In this document: piece by piece, positions 38,809 through 48,502 of the stretch
How positions within the stretch are numbered: the stretch's first letter is position 1
Layout: the number at the start of each line of letters is the position of its first letter
Origin: a bacterium
GTDB taxonomy: Bacteria > UBA8248 > JACPRG01 > G963555815
Assembly: GCA_965261595.1 (NCBI GenBank)
Contig: CBDHDG010000005.1
Location: forward strand, 320,001-384,000
DNA: 64,000 bases
Direction: 5' to 3'
Made by a program: the position numbers and the translations under genes
The notes under the pieces: model-generated
Told to the model about the DNA's origin: nothing
Seen by the model: the letters and a program-made list of their open reading frames with translations, nothing else
Databases searched by the model: none

Positions 38809-39480
38809 TCAATCCGCGGGGGTCTCGACTCCGCGGCGCGGCAGGTTGAGGTCAGCCGGCAGGTCCTCGGGCCGTTGGTAATCCGGCGGCTCTCGCTGTC
38901 CGGGACCCCGGGGGACCGGGTCCGGGGCTTCGGCGGCCCATTCCTCGACCCACTCCCCGGCCGTCTTTTTTTTCCGGCCCAGCTCCTTCGCCGGCTCGTG
39001 AAAATCCTTTTTTTTTTGCGCCCCTTGCAGGTTGTACGGGCACACCATGAGGCAGAGTTTGCACCCATCGTACTTCTTAAAGTAGGGCAGGCACGCCTCG
39101 GTGTCCACGTGCCAGATCCGTTTCATCTCGTCGAAGGTCATCTTCACGCCGAAGGAGATGACGGCTTCGTGAGGGGGCGGCTCGGTGTCGGCGAAGAAGA
39201 ATTCAGGGACGAATTCGCACACGTCCACGATGTCGGCCCCCCACTCGAGGAGGGTCTCCTCGAGGTGGCGGGTCAGGCCCCCCGGGTTGTCCACCTCCAT
39301 CCGGACGGGGTTCACCGGCCCGTCGAACAGGCCGCGGTCCTCGAAGTCCGTCCGGAGCCAGCGGTGGCGCATCACCTCCGGGTGGCGGGTCTTATACCAC
39401 CCGGGCATGTTCATGAAGACCTCGCCGGGCGTCCCCCGCGTCGGGCGCTCGGCGGTCTCCGGGATTTCGGCGTAAGGCAT
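38809..39480 (-). CDS. Reductive dehalogenase/QueG-like Fe-S protein, apparently internally deleted
   Basis: GADIVDVC...AVISFGVKM followed directly by WHVDTEACLPYF...GCKLCLMVCPY; AAGGAG RBS. Confidence 0.55.
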   Translation of the reverse strand: MPYAEIPETAERPTRGTPGEVFMNMPGWYKTRHPEVMRHRWLRTDFEDRGLFDGPVNPVRMEVDNPGGLTRHLEETLLEWGADIVDVCEFVPEFFFADTEPPPHEAVISFGVKMTFDEMKRIWHVDTEACLPYFKKYDGCKLCLMVCPYNLQGAQKKKDFHEPAKELGRKKKTAGEWVEEWAAEAPDPVPRGPGQREPPDYQRPEDLPADLNLPRRGVETPAD

Positions 39481-39824
39481 GGGTCTCCTTGACCGATGAG
39501 CCGCGTTGATCCCCTGTCCGGGGGGCCGCCGCAGAGCCCGGCGCCGGCCATCGGTTGTTTCTCCGTCGCCGCGCTTCCGGGGAAGACGGGGAACCTTACG
39601 GCTTGAAGCCCGCCATTATGCGGCGGGTCGTGGCCGGATTCCAGGCGCCGGCAGGGCTGTCCGGTCCGGACAGGGCGAATCCTTTTGGCTCGCCTCGTTT
39701 TTCGCGTCCCTGAAGGCGTCTTTTCTCACCCCCGGACCGCAATCCGGACGGCCGTTCATTGACTCGTTCCCGGAGCCGTGATAACGGTATTCGGGTCCAT
39801 CGGACGCAGGGGAGATGAACCACC

Positions 39825-41189
39825 ATGGCGCAAGACCTCCGCACCTTTCTCGAACAGGTCCGATCCGGCGCCCCCGAAGAGTACGAGGTGGTGGAGCGGG
39901 AGATCGACCCGAAGTTCGAGATCACGGCCCTGACCGAAAACCTCGAAGCGGCCCGGCGGCGGCCCATCCTGGAGCTGCGCGGTGTGAAGGGGACGGATTT
40001 CACCGTCGTCACCAACGTCTTCGCCAAACGCTCCCGCCTGGCCTTCGCCCTGGGGACCGATGTCCAAGGGGCCGCGGCCGAGTTCGACCGGCGCGGCCGA
40101 AACCCCGTCCCCCCCAAAGAGGTGGGCGCCGGGCCGGTCCAAGAGGTGATCGAGACGGGGGACGCGGTGGATCTTCTCAGGCTGCCGCAGATCCACCACC
40201 ACGCCACGGACGCCGGGCCGTACATCACCGGGGCCATGGCCATCACCCGCGACCCGGAGACCGGCGACCTGAACGCCAGCTTCAACCGCCTGATGATCAA
40301 AGGCCCGAGGAAGACGGGCATCCACCTGACCCTCGCCAAGCACCACTGGGAGTTTTACCGGAAGGCCGAGCGGCGCGGCGAGGCCCTGCCCATCGCCCTT
40401 GTCCTCGGCCTTCACCCCCTTTGGGCGCTCGGGACCCTGCACGTGGGCGCGGCCGACGAGGACGAGCTTTCGGTGATCGGCGGACTCCTGCAAGAGCCCC
40501 TGGAGGTGGTTCGCGGCGTGACGGTGGACATCCCCGTCCCGGCCCGGGCCGAGATCGTGATCGAGGGGGAGATCCCGCCCGGCGTGCGGGAGCCCGAGGG
40601 GCCGTTCAGCGAGTTCACGGGTTACTCCCTGGGCGAGCGGATGCGGGAGGTGGTCGAAGTCAAGGCCGTCACCCGGAGAAAAGACGCCCTCTTTCACGAC
40701 ATCAACGTCGCCCACGCGGACCACATGGTGCTCTCCACCATCCCCATGGAGGCCAACCTCCTCAAGGCCGTCCGGGCGGCGGTTCCTTCCACGCGGGCGG
40801 TTCGCGTTCCGGCCCCTTTCACGGCCTATCTGTCCATCGAGAAACGGATCGAGGGCCAGTCCATGAACGCCCTCCTGGCCGCTTTCGGGTCCGAGCTCTA
40901 CCTGAAGCGGGTGGTCGTCGTGGATCACGACGTGGATGTCTTCAACGATTTCCGCGTCCAATGGGCCATCGGGACCCGCTGCCAGCCGCACCGGGACCTG
41001 CTCATCATTCCCAACGCCCGGGGGTCGGACCTCGATCCCTCTTCCGAGCCCGACGGGTTCACGTCGAAGGTCGGCGTGGACGCCACGGCCAAGCCGACCC
41101 TGGCGGAGTTCGCGAACCCGAATCGAATCCCCCCCGAGGTCTTGGAGCGCGTCCGGCCGGAGGATTTCCTCGGCGGTTCCGGCGGCTAA
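39825..41189 (+). CDS. UbiD family (de)carboxylase
   Basis: DLRTFL, DAGPYIT, EGPFSEFTGY, VVVVDHDVD, LDPS. Confidence 0.95.
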   Translation: MAQDLRTFLEQVRSGAPEEYEVVEREIDPKFEITALTENLEAARRRPILELRGVKGTDFTVVTNVFAKRSRLAFALGTDVQGAAAEFDRRGRNPVPPKEVGAGPVQEVIETGDAVDLLRLPQIHHHATDAGPYITGAMAITRDPETGDLNASFNRLMIKGPRKTGIHLTLAKHHWEFYRKAERRGEALPIALVLGLHPLWALGTLHVGAADEDELSVIGGLLQEPLEVVRGVTVDIPVPARAEIVIEGEIPPGVREPEGPFSEFTGYSLGERMREVVEVKAVTRRKDALFHDINVAHADHMVLSTIPMEANLLKAVRAAVPSTRAVRVPAPFTAYLSIEKRIEGQSMNALLAAFGSELYLKRVVVVDHDVDVFNDFRVQWAIGTRCQPHRDLLIIPNARGSDLDPSSEPDGFTSKVGVDATAKPTLAEFANPNRIPPEVLERVRPEDFLGGSGG

Positions 41190-41248
41190 AAGGACGACGA
41201 CCCGTTCCCCTGAGTCTCGGCCCCTCTTCACGTCCTCATGACCGGCAT

Positions 41249-42574
41249 ATGACACGGCCCCCTCCCCCCCCCTACTGGAAGCGTGAGATCGAGACCGCCT
41301 CGCCCGAGGCCGTCCGGCGTCTGCAATGGGAAAGGCTGCGGCCGCTGCTTGCGTACGTCTTCGAAAAATCCGGTTTCTACCGGGAAAAGTATGAGCGCGC
41401 CGGCGTCCGCCTCGGGGACGTCCGCTCCATGGACGACCTGCGAAAGCTCCCGCTGACCACCAAGGAAGAGTGGCTGGAGGAGCAGGCCGCCCGCCCGCCC
41501 TTCGGCCGGAACCACACCGAGGCCGCCGAGGATTACATCCGGATTTTCCAGACTTCCGGGAGCAGCGGCCGATACCTGCGGGTGATGGAAACCCGGCAAA
41601 GCTGGGACTGGCGGCTTGAGACAGCGGCCTACCTGTACCGCTCGGCGGGGGTTTCCGAGCGGGACCGGGTCTTCTTCGCCTTTCAGTTCGGTCCCTTCGC
41701 GGCTTTCTGGACGATCTTCGGCGGCGCCGAGCGGCTTGGCGCGGCGGTCATTCCCAGCGGCGGCTTCTCCTCCGAGGAGCGGCTTCGGCTGATCCTCGAC
41801 CTGGAGGCGACGGTCCTGGTCTGCACCCCTTCTTACGCCATTCGGCTGGCCGAAGTGGCCCGAAACGGGGGGATGGACATCGCCGGCTCATCGGTCCGGC
41901 GGACGATCCATGCGGGCGAGTCGGGGGCGTCGATCCCCGCGACGCGCCGAATGATCGAGGAGGCGTGGGGGGCGAAGAGCTTCGAGTTCGCCGGGATGAC
42001 CGAGGTGGGGCTATTCGCGTATTCGTGCGACGAGCAGAGCGGCGTTCACTGCCTGGAGTCGGAGAACTTCCTCGAAATCCTGGACCCGGTGACCGGAGAG
42101 CCCGCCGGCGAAGGGGAGTCCGGCGAGCTGGTCGTCACGAACTTCGGCCGGCACGGCTACCCGGCTGTCCGGTACCGGACGGGCGACCTCGTCCGGCCCG
42201 CGGGGCGGGATTGCCCCTGCGGCCGGAAGTTCTTGCTGCTCGGCGGCGGCATCCTGGGCCGGGTGGACGACATGCTCATTGTCCGGGGCGTCAACGTTTA
42301 CCCGACGACGGTGGAGCGCGCCCTGCGCGAGTGCGTCCCGGTGGACGAGTGGCAGGTGGTTCTGGCGAAGGATGCTTCGGGCGTGGATGAGATCACCGTC
42401 CGGTTCGAGCCGAGCGGGGGCGGCGTCGGAGGGGAGGATCTCTCCCGGGAGGTCGGTCAGACGCTGAGCCGTTTGCACGGCGGGCTCCGGTTCAATATCG
42501 AGGTCGCCGAGCCGGGGAGCCTCCCCCGTCACGAGTTCAAGGCCCGGAGGGTTGTGGACCGCCGCGTATCTTGA
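41249..42574 (+). CDS. Phenylacetate--CoA ligase family protein
   Basis: QTSGSSG P-loop, CTPSYA, HAGE, GMTE, RYRTGD, GRVDDMLIVRGVNVYP. Confidence 0.92.
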   Translation: MTRPPPPPYWKREIETASPEAVRRLQWERLRPLLAYVFEKSGFYREKYERAGVRLGDVRSMDDLRKLPLTTKEEWLEEQAARPPFGRNHTEAAEDYIRIFQTSGSSGRYLRVMETRQSWDWRLETAAYLYRSAGVSERDRVFFAFQFGPFAAFWTIFGGAERLGAAVIPSGGFSSEERLRLILDLEATVLVCTPSYAIRLAEVARNGGMDIAGSSVRRTIHAGESGASIPATRRMIEEAWGAKSFEFAGMTEVGLFAYSCDEQSGVHCLESENFLEILDPVTGEPAGEGESGELVVTNFGRHGYPAVRYRTGDLVRPAGRDCPCGRKFLLLGGGILGRVDDMLIVRGVNVYPTTVERALRECVPVDEWQVVLAKDASGVDEITVRFEPSGGGVGGEDLSREVGQTLSRLHGGLRFNIEVAEPGSLPRHEFKARRVVDRRVS

Positions 42575-42839
42575 GTGGACCGCTCGTTTCTGGCGCCGAC
42601 ATTGAGCGGCGGCGCCCAGCTCGAAGGTGCGCGACGTTGCGCTCTGCCGTGCCGCCGCGATCGGCGGGCGCCAATTTTTTCTTGACGGGAAGGTCTATAC
42701 AACCCCAAGCAAGACCCGGGGGAGGGGGAAGGGGGAGGGGGGTTTGTTCAACTTGAAATGGATATCCTGTTTCGAAGATGTAATTTGTAAAAGGACTTTG
42801 ATTGGATAGCGGAGTCAGTCGATTGAAGGGAGAGAGGAC

Positions 42840-43577
42840 ATGACCACGGGAACGACAACGGACCTTTATTCCGAGTATCTGGAAATCGTCCGGCGCCGGC
42901 ACACCAGCCGGAAGTTCAAGGAAGAGACGATTGGAAGGGAGGTTTTCGAACAGGTCGTTGAAGCGGGCCGCCACGCCTGCTCGGGTGCCAATTCCCAGCC
43001 CTGGGACTACATCGTCGTCGAAGACCCCAAGCTCAAGGAACAGATCGGCGAATACTTTATCCAGGAGGCCCGGTCCCGCGCCAAGCTCAAGATGGGATTT
43101 CCCACGCCCAACTACAACGGTATGAAGACGGCCCCCGGCCTGATCGTGGCCCTCGTCGATTACCGCTACGTGAACGCCTTCCCCGTCCTGAACGACGGAA
43201 GCGACCTGGACAGGATGTACCAGGAAAACGCCCAGCGGATCCTGCTTCAGAGCCTGGCGTCCTCGGTCATGAGCATGCACCTGGCCGCCGCGGCTCTGGG
43301 GTATTCCTCCTGGTGGGTCACGGCCATCGGCCAGGAGAAGGCCCAGAAAGCCCTGAAGCCGATCCTGGGCGTTCCCGAAGTCCTTCACGTCATCGACATC
43401 CTGTGTTTCGGCCATCCGGAGAAGGAACCCTACGTCCGTCAAAAGAAGCCGCTGGAGGAAATCCTCCACTGGGGGCGTTACGACGCCTCGCACGAGAAAT
43501 CGGACGAGGAAATCCAGGACTGGATTGAAAACCGCCGGCACAAAGTGATGTACCGGGACGAATCGAAGGTCGATTAA
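42840..43577 (+). CDS. Nitroreductase family flavoprotein
   Basis: RRRHTSRKF, ACSGANSQPW, MHLAAAALGYSSWW. Confidence 0.9.
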   Translation: MTTGTTTDLYSEYLEIVRRRHTSRKFKEETIGREVFEQVVEAGRHACSGANSQPWDYIVVEDPKLKEQIGEYFIQEARSRAKLKMGFPTPNYNGMKTAPGLIVALVDYRYVNAFPVLNDGSDLDRMYQENAQRILLQSLASSVMSMHLAAAALGYSSWWVTAIGQEKAQKALKPILGVPEVLHVIDILCFGHPEKEPYVRQKKPLEEILHWGRYDASHEKSDEEIQDWIENRRHKVMYRDESKVD

Positions 43578-43703
43578 GTCGGTCCGGGGCATGCGGGATA
43601 AGTCCTTGTGGGATGAGTCCCTCAAGGAGATGGGTCCGGCCCTGTTCTGGATGGACGGACGCGCCGGCTTTGGGCCTTTGCGCGGTATGTGGGGAGGCGC
43701 GGG

Positions 43704-44996
43704 TTGTTCTTCGCAAAGGATATCGAAACGGCCAAGCGTGAGGAGTTGACCGCGCTCCAGGTCGAAAAGCTTCGGGGGCTCCTCGACGCGATCCACGGCC
43801 GGAACGGCTTCTACACGAATAAGCTGAACGCCGCCGGCGTCAAGCCCGGCGACGTCCGGGGCTTGGACGACCTCCGCCGGATTCCCTTCACCTTCAAAGA
43901 CGAGCTGGTCCGCGACCAGGCGGAGAATCCCGAGTTCGGGTCGAACCTCACCTTCCCGGAGGCGGATTATATTCGCGTCCACCAAACCTCCGGGACGACG
44001 GGCCGGGCGCTCAGGTGGCTGGATACGGCCGAGAGCTGGGAGTGGTGGGGAACGTGCTGGGGATTCGTTTTCGCCGGGGCGGGTCTCACGGCCCGCGACC
44101 GGGTGTTCGTGGCATTTTCCTTCGCCCCGTTCATCGGGTTTTGGGCGGCGGTCGAGGGCGTCCGGAGGATCGGCGCGATGCTCATCCCCGGAGGCGGGCT
44201 TTCCACCCGGCAGCGCGTCGAGGCCATCCTCGAATCAAGGGCCACGGCCGTGGTCTGCACGCCTACGTACGCCCTGCGGCTGGCCGAGGAGGCGCGGGAA
44301 ATGGGGGTGGAGCTGGCGAAGTCTCCCGTCCGGGTCACCCTCCACGCCGGAGAGCCGGGGGCCAACATCCCCTCCACCAAACAGCGCATCGAGCGGGCCT
44401 GGGGCGCCCGGTGCATCGACCACGCCGGGGCGACCGAGGTCGGGGCCTTCGGTTTTGAAGGGGTGAACCGGCCGGGCGGCATGTTCTTCAACGAAAGCGA
44501 ATTCATCTGCGAGGTCCTCGATCCCGACGGCGATCGCCCCGCGGGCCCGGGCGAGGAGGCGGAGCTGGTTATCACGAACCTGGGGCGGACCGGGATGCCG
44601 GTCATCCGGTATCGGACGCGCGATCTGGTGAAAATCTCCTCCGAGCCGGACCCGGAAGGACGGACGTTCCTGTGGGCCGAGGGCGGGATCATCGGGCGCG
44701 CCGACGACATGTTCATCGTCCGGGGGGTGAACGTTTACCCGAGCGCCATCGAAAACATCGTCCGGGAGTTCGAGGAGGTGAGCGAGTTCCGGATCGAAGT
44801 GGAGACCGTCCGCGAAATGGCCGAGCTGAAGCTGTGTGTCGAGTGCGGGGCCGGCGTGTCGGCGGCCGCCGTTTTGGATCGGCTCTCGGGCGAGATTCAA
44901 TCGAGACTCGGCGTCCGCGCCCTCATCACCCCGGCCGAGCCGGGTTCTCTCCCGCGCTTCGAGTTGAAGGCCCGCAGGGTGCGGAGAACCCCTTGA
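43704..44996 (+). CDS. Phenylacetate--CoA ligase family protein (second paralog)
   Basis: TTG start after GGAGG; QTSGTTG, CTPTYA, HAGEPG, GATE, GRADDMFIVRGVNVYP. Confidence 0.92.
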   Translation: MFFAKDIETAKREELTALQVEKLRGLLDAIHGRNGFYTNKLNAAGVKPGDVRGLDDLRRIPFTFKDELVRDQAENPEFGSNLTFPEADYIRVHQTSGTTGRALRWLDTAESWEWWGTCWGFVFAGAGLTARDRVFVAFSFAPFIGFWAAVEGVRRIGAMLIPGGGLSTRQRVEAILESRATAVVCTPTYALRLAEEAREMGVELAKSPVRVTLHAGEPGANIPSTKQRIERAWGARCIDHAGATEVGAFGFEGVNRPGGMFFNESEFICEVLDPDGDRPAGPGEEAELVITNLGRTGMPVIRYRTRDLVKISSEPDPEGRTFLWAEGGIIGRADDMFIVRGVNVYPSAIENIVREFEEVSEFRIEVETVREMAELKLCVECGAGVSAAAVLDRLSGEIQSRLGVRALITPAEPGSLPRFELKARRVRRTP

Positions 44997-45066
44997 TGCG
45001 AAGGGAGGGGGAGGGAAGGGCGGAGCCGATCCCGCCCCAACCTCGCGTGAGCCTCATGGTGCGCCG

Positions 45067-45348
45067 ATGAAAATCCAAGTCATATTGACCAGTGTGCTGA
45101 GAGACGCCGTGGGAGCGGAGCGGCTGGAGCTTTCGTTGGAGGGGGAAGAAACCGTCCGGCGGGTCCTTGAGCGCCTGAAGACCGATCACCCCGCGCTGGA
45201 GAAGGATCTGTTCGACGCCGACGGCGAGTTGGAGCCTCATATCTTCGTGGCCGTCAACGGCGCCCAAGTCAGCCGGGACGGAAGCCTGGAGCGCGCCCTG
45301 CATGACGGCGATGAACTGGCGCTGATGATCTCCTTCGCGGGAGGATGA
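45067..45348 (+). CDS. MoaD/ThiS family sulfur carrier
   Basis: Beta-grasp pattern ending ...ISFAGG. Confidence 0.9.
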   Translation: MKIQVILTSVLRDAVGAERLELSLEGEETVRRVLERLKTDHPALEKDLFDADGELEPHIFVAVNGAQVSRDGSLERALHDGDELALMISFAGG

Positions 45349-45429
45349 CGGGCGGGGGCGGCGGGACGGGTCCCTCCGGGACGGGTCCCTGCGGGATGCG
45401 CATAAACCCGGCTGTTTGATTATGTCTGA

Positions 45430-45445
45430 ATTTATATATATAAAT
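45430..45445. promoter_or_regulatory. AT-rich palindrome upstream of padR (candidate operator)
   Basis: Perfect 16-bp palindrome ATTTATATATATAAAT in a GC-rich context. Confidence 0.45.
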
Positions 45446-45492
45446 GTTCTTCACAGCTTGTGGCCCATCATCGGGGCGATTGGAGGTGAATT

Positions 45493-46098
45493 TTGCTGAA
45501 ATACGCCATTCTTGGGCTTCTCAGACGAAAGCCGCTGACCGGTTATGACATCAAGAAGCGGTTCGAGGAATCCCTGACCTTCTGCTGGCACGCCGAGCAC
45601 AGCCAAATCTATCCCGAGCTGAAGAAGATGGAAGACCGGGGGCTCGTCAAGTCCCGCCAGGAGATTCAGACCTCCCGGCCCAACCGGCGGGTCTTCGAGA
45701 TCACCGACGCGGGCATCGCGGCGCTCAAGACGTGGCTGCGGACACCTCCCGGTCCGCTCAAAGTGAAGGACGACTTGGTGCTGCGCCTTTTCGCCGTGGA
45801 CATGATGGACACCGAAGACGCCGTCAACGTCCTCCGGGAAGCGAAGACCCTGCACCAGGAGCGCCTGGACGCGTACAACACCATTCTGGACAGACTGGAG
45901 AAGGAATACGGCCACCTGCCCGACTCGGAGCACGCCTCGCTCTTCGGTCCGTATCTTTGTCTCCGGCAAGGCATCGAATGCGAGCGGTCCTACGTGGATT
46001 GGTGCGATTGGGCCGGGAAGGAATTCAAGAAGTGGCGGAAGTCGGGAGAACGTGCCGGGGAGGGCGAGCGGGTTGATCTCTACGCCTCCGGCGCGTGA
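45493..46098 (+). CDS. PadR family transcriptional regulator
   Basis: LKYAILGLL, TGYDIKK, SQIYPEL, RRVFEITDAG; GGAGG RBS with TTG start. Confidence 0.93.
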   Translation: MLKYAILGLLRRKPLTGYDIKKRFEESLTFCWHAEHSQIYPELKKMEDRGLVKSRQEIQTSRPNRRVFEITDAGIAALKTWLRTPPGPLKVKDDLVLRLFAVDMMDTEDAVNVLREAKTLHQERLDAYNTILDRLEKEYGHLPDSEHASLFGPYLCLRQGIECERSYVDWCDWAGKEFKKWRKSGERAGEGERVDLYASGA

Positions 46099-46211
46099 CC
46101 GACGCTTCCCGCCGGGACGGGCGGTAACGCCCCGGCCCCGGCTGAACAAGGCGAAACCGGAGGGGTCCCCGCGGCATGACGTCCGCCGGGATCTCCCGGG
46201 GGAGATTTCAG

Positions 46212-48077
46212 ATGGATTACCAGGGTAAGGTCCTGTTCGTCGATCTGACGACGCAACGGATGCGTGAAGAAGAGGTGCCCGAGGTCCTGGTCCGCTCGCT
46301 GCTGGGCGGACGCGGGATCAACGTGTATTACCTCTACAAGATGCTCCCGCCCGGCACAGACCCGCTTTCGCCCGAGAACCCCCTGATCATGGGGCTGGGG
46401 CTTCTGACCGGCACCAAGGCCCCGAGCACCTCCCGGTTCAACATCACGGCCAAGTCCCCGGAATCGTTGATCCTCGGAGATTCCAACATCGGCGGCCACT
46501 GGCCCGCCTCCATCCGGAACGCGGGCTACCAGTATCTCATCTTCACCGGCCGGGCGGAGAAGCCCGTCTATCTGCATCTCGAGAAGGGCCACGCCGAGCT
46601 CAAGGACGCCGCCCACATGTGGGGGATGAACGTCCACGATTTCCTGGCGCTCCTGGAGCGGGATTTCGGCAAGGGCGCCAAGGCGGGGTTCATCACCCGC
46701 GCGGGCGAGCGGCTCGTCCGCATGGCGGGCATCATGGGGGGGAAGAAGGCCATCGCCGCCCGGGGCGGCCTGGGGGCGGTCATGGGGTCGAAGAACCTGA
46801 AGGCCGTCGTTTGCTCGGGGCGGGGCAAGGTCGAATACTTCGACGAGCCGGCCGCCGGCGCGCACCGCAAGGAGCAGAACGCCTACCTGGTTCAGGCCAA
46901 GGTGATCGGCACGCTGGGCCGGTACGGCACGCCCCTTCTCTACCGGCCCAGCAACATCCTGGGCGCCATCCGCACGAAAAACAGCCAACTCAATGCCTGG
47001 GACGAAAGCCTGGTCGCCGAAGAGATCGACAAGCACGTTACGAAGATGGCCTCCTGCTTCAACTGCGTGGTCCACTGCCGCGCCCGGAACAGCGTGGACG
47101 ACGGCCTCGGCCATAAGGGGGGAGAGGGGCCCGAGTACTCCAGCATCGGGACGATGGGCTCGAACCTGGGCATCACCGGCGCGGAGAACGTCATCCGCCT
47201 CTCGAACATGTGCAACGAGCTGGGCCTCGACACCTCATCCGCGGGGTCGATCATCGCCTGGGCCATCGAGCTCTACGAGAAGGGGATCGTCACCGATGAG
47301 ATGACCGGCGGCCGGGCGCTGCGGTTCGAGGACTACGACCTCGTCGTGGACCTCCTTCAGGACATCTCCGAGCGTCGCGGCTTCGGCGACCTGCTGGCCG
47401 ACAGTACGCAGGCCTGGAGGCATTTCGGCGAGGCGTCGAAGGATTACCTGATCGCCTCCAAGGGCCTGACCCAGACCGACCCCCACGACCCCCGCATCCT
47501 CAAGGGCTTCGCCCTGGGCCTGGCCGTGTCCTCGCGCGGGATGGACCACCTCCGCAACCGCCCCACGCTGGAGATCTTCCGCCTCCCCAAGGATGTGACG
47601 ACGAAGCTTTACGGTCAAGAGGTCGACCCGGACTTCACGGCGTACGACACCCGGGAGATCCCCGTCGCCTGGAGCGATGAGATCTATGCCGTCAACGACG
47701 CGGTGGGCTCGTGCCGGTTCGTGTCCCACGGCTTCAACAGCCCCCGGATGTTCGACTATCCCCACTATATGGAAATGATCCGGGACGTGACCGGTCTGAA
47801 CTTCGGCGAGGACGAGCTTCGGGAGATCGGCCGCCGGATTATCGACATCGAGCGGTTCATCAACATGCGCGAGGGCGTCACCCGCGACGACGACACCCTT
47901 CCCAAGAAATACTTCGACGAGGGCCTGCCGCTCAAGGAGTACGCGGGGCACCGGATCGACCGAGAGGAGTTCGAGAAGATGAAGACCCGGTACTACCGGC
48001 TGAGGGGGTGGAGCGACGAGGGCGTCCCGCCCCAGACCCGAATGGAAGAGATCGAAGGCTTCCTCGCGGCGGTGTAA
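46212..48077 (+). CDS. Aldehyde:ferredoxin oxidoreductase family (W/Mo) protein
   Basis: LLGGRG, KSPES, RGGLGAVMGSKNLKA, CFNCVVHC, EGPEY, CNELGLD, RGMDH, DDTLP. Confidence 0.95.
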   Translation: MDYQGKVLFVDLTTQRMREEEVPEVLVRSLLGGRGINVYYLYKMLPPGTDPLSPENPLIMGLGLLTGTKAPSTSRFNITAKSPESLILGDSNIGGHWPASIRNAGYQYLIFTGRAEKPVYLHLEKGHAELKDAAHMWGMNVHDFLALLERDFGKGAKAGFITRAGERLVRMAGIMGGKKAIAARGGLGAVMGSKNLKAVVCSGRGKVEYFDEPAAGAHRKEQNAYLVQAKVIGTLGRYGTPLLYRPSNILGAIRTKNSQLNAWDESLVAEEIDKHVTKMASCFNCVVHCRARNSVDDGLGHKGGEGPEYSSIGTMGSNLGITGAENVIRLSNMCNELGLDTSSAGSIIAWAIELYEKGIVTDEMTGGRALRFEDYDLVVDLLQDISERRGFGDLLADSTQAWRHFGEASKDYLIASKGLTQTDPHDPRILKGFALGLAVSSRGMDHLRNRPTLEIFRLPKDVTTKLYGQEVDPDFTAYDTREIPVAWSDEIYAVNDAVGSCRFVSHGFNSPRMFDYPHYMEMIRDVTGLNFGEDELREIGRRIIDIERFINMREGVTRDDDTLPKKYFDEGLPLKEYAGHRIDREEFEKMKTRYYRLRGWSDEGVPPQTRMEEIEGFLAAV

Positions 48078-48150
48078 CGCGTTTCTCTCACCTCTGATTT
48101 TGTCTTTCGGTCGGACGCCGATCAGGATCCGCCGCAAGCCATCTCTTTAG

Positions 48151-48502
48151 TCCGCATTTCTCACCAACGCGATTGCCCGAACGGGGTGGATCGAGCGAGC
48201 GGATTGTATCTGAATCGTTTATCCAGCGGACGGGTATCGCCTCGTGTCCTGATTGAGTAATTCGTTGATGAACTCAAGGGAGTTTGTCTGCCCATTGAGG
48301 CCGGGCTGGAAGCCCGGCCTACCGAGCGGCGGGGCCGTTTCCAAACGGGTAGGGCGGGCATCTTGCCCGCCTGCCTTGGGTGTTTGGTGACTGGACGCAC
48401 GGGGACGCGCCCCTACGGCACACGGCGTTTTTCGTCGTAGGGGCCGGACGGCGCCACCGCCTCGGTGGTCTCCGTCCCGTCACACTTTGTGAGAAATGCG
48501 GG
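48151..48502. mobile_element. MITE-like element with 14-bp TIRs and TTAG target duplication, containing GTAG-REP units
   Basis: TTAG|TCCGCATTTCTCAC ... GTGAGAAATGCGGG|TTAG; REP-like hairpins at 48300-48322, 48349-48371, 48401-48416, 48437. Confidence 0.7.

Noticed and set aside
39481..39820. Cobalamin riboswitch upstream of the dehalogenase-like gene
   Set aside because: No GGGAA/GCCACTG/B12-box arrangement on the relevant strand.
39815..41248. N-terminal half of the 919-aa ORF (UbiD-ligase fusion)
   Set aside because: Off-frame overlap with ubiD; ligase similarity starts at 41249.
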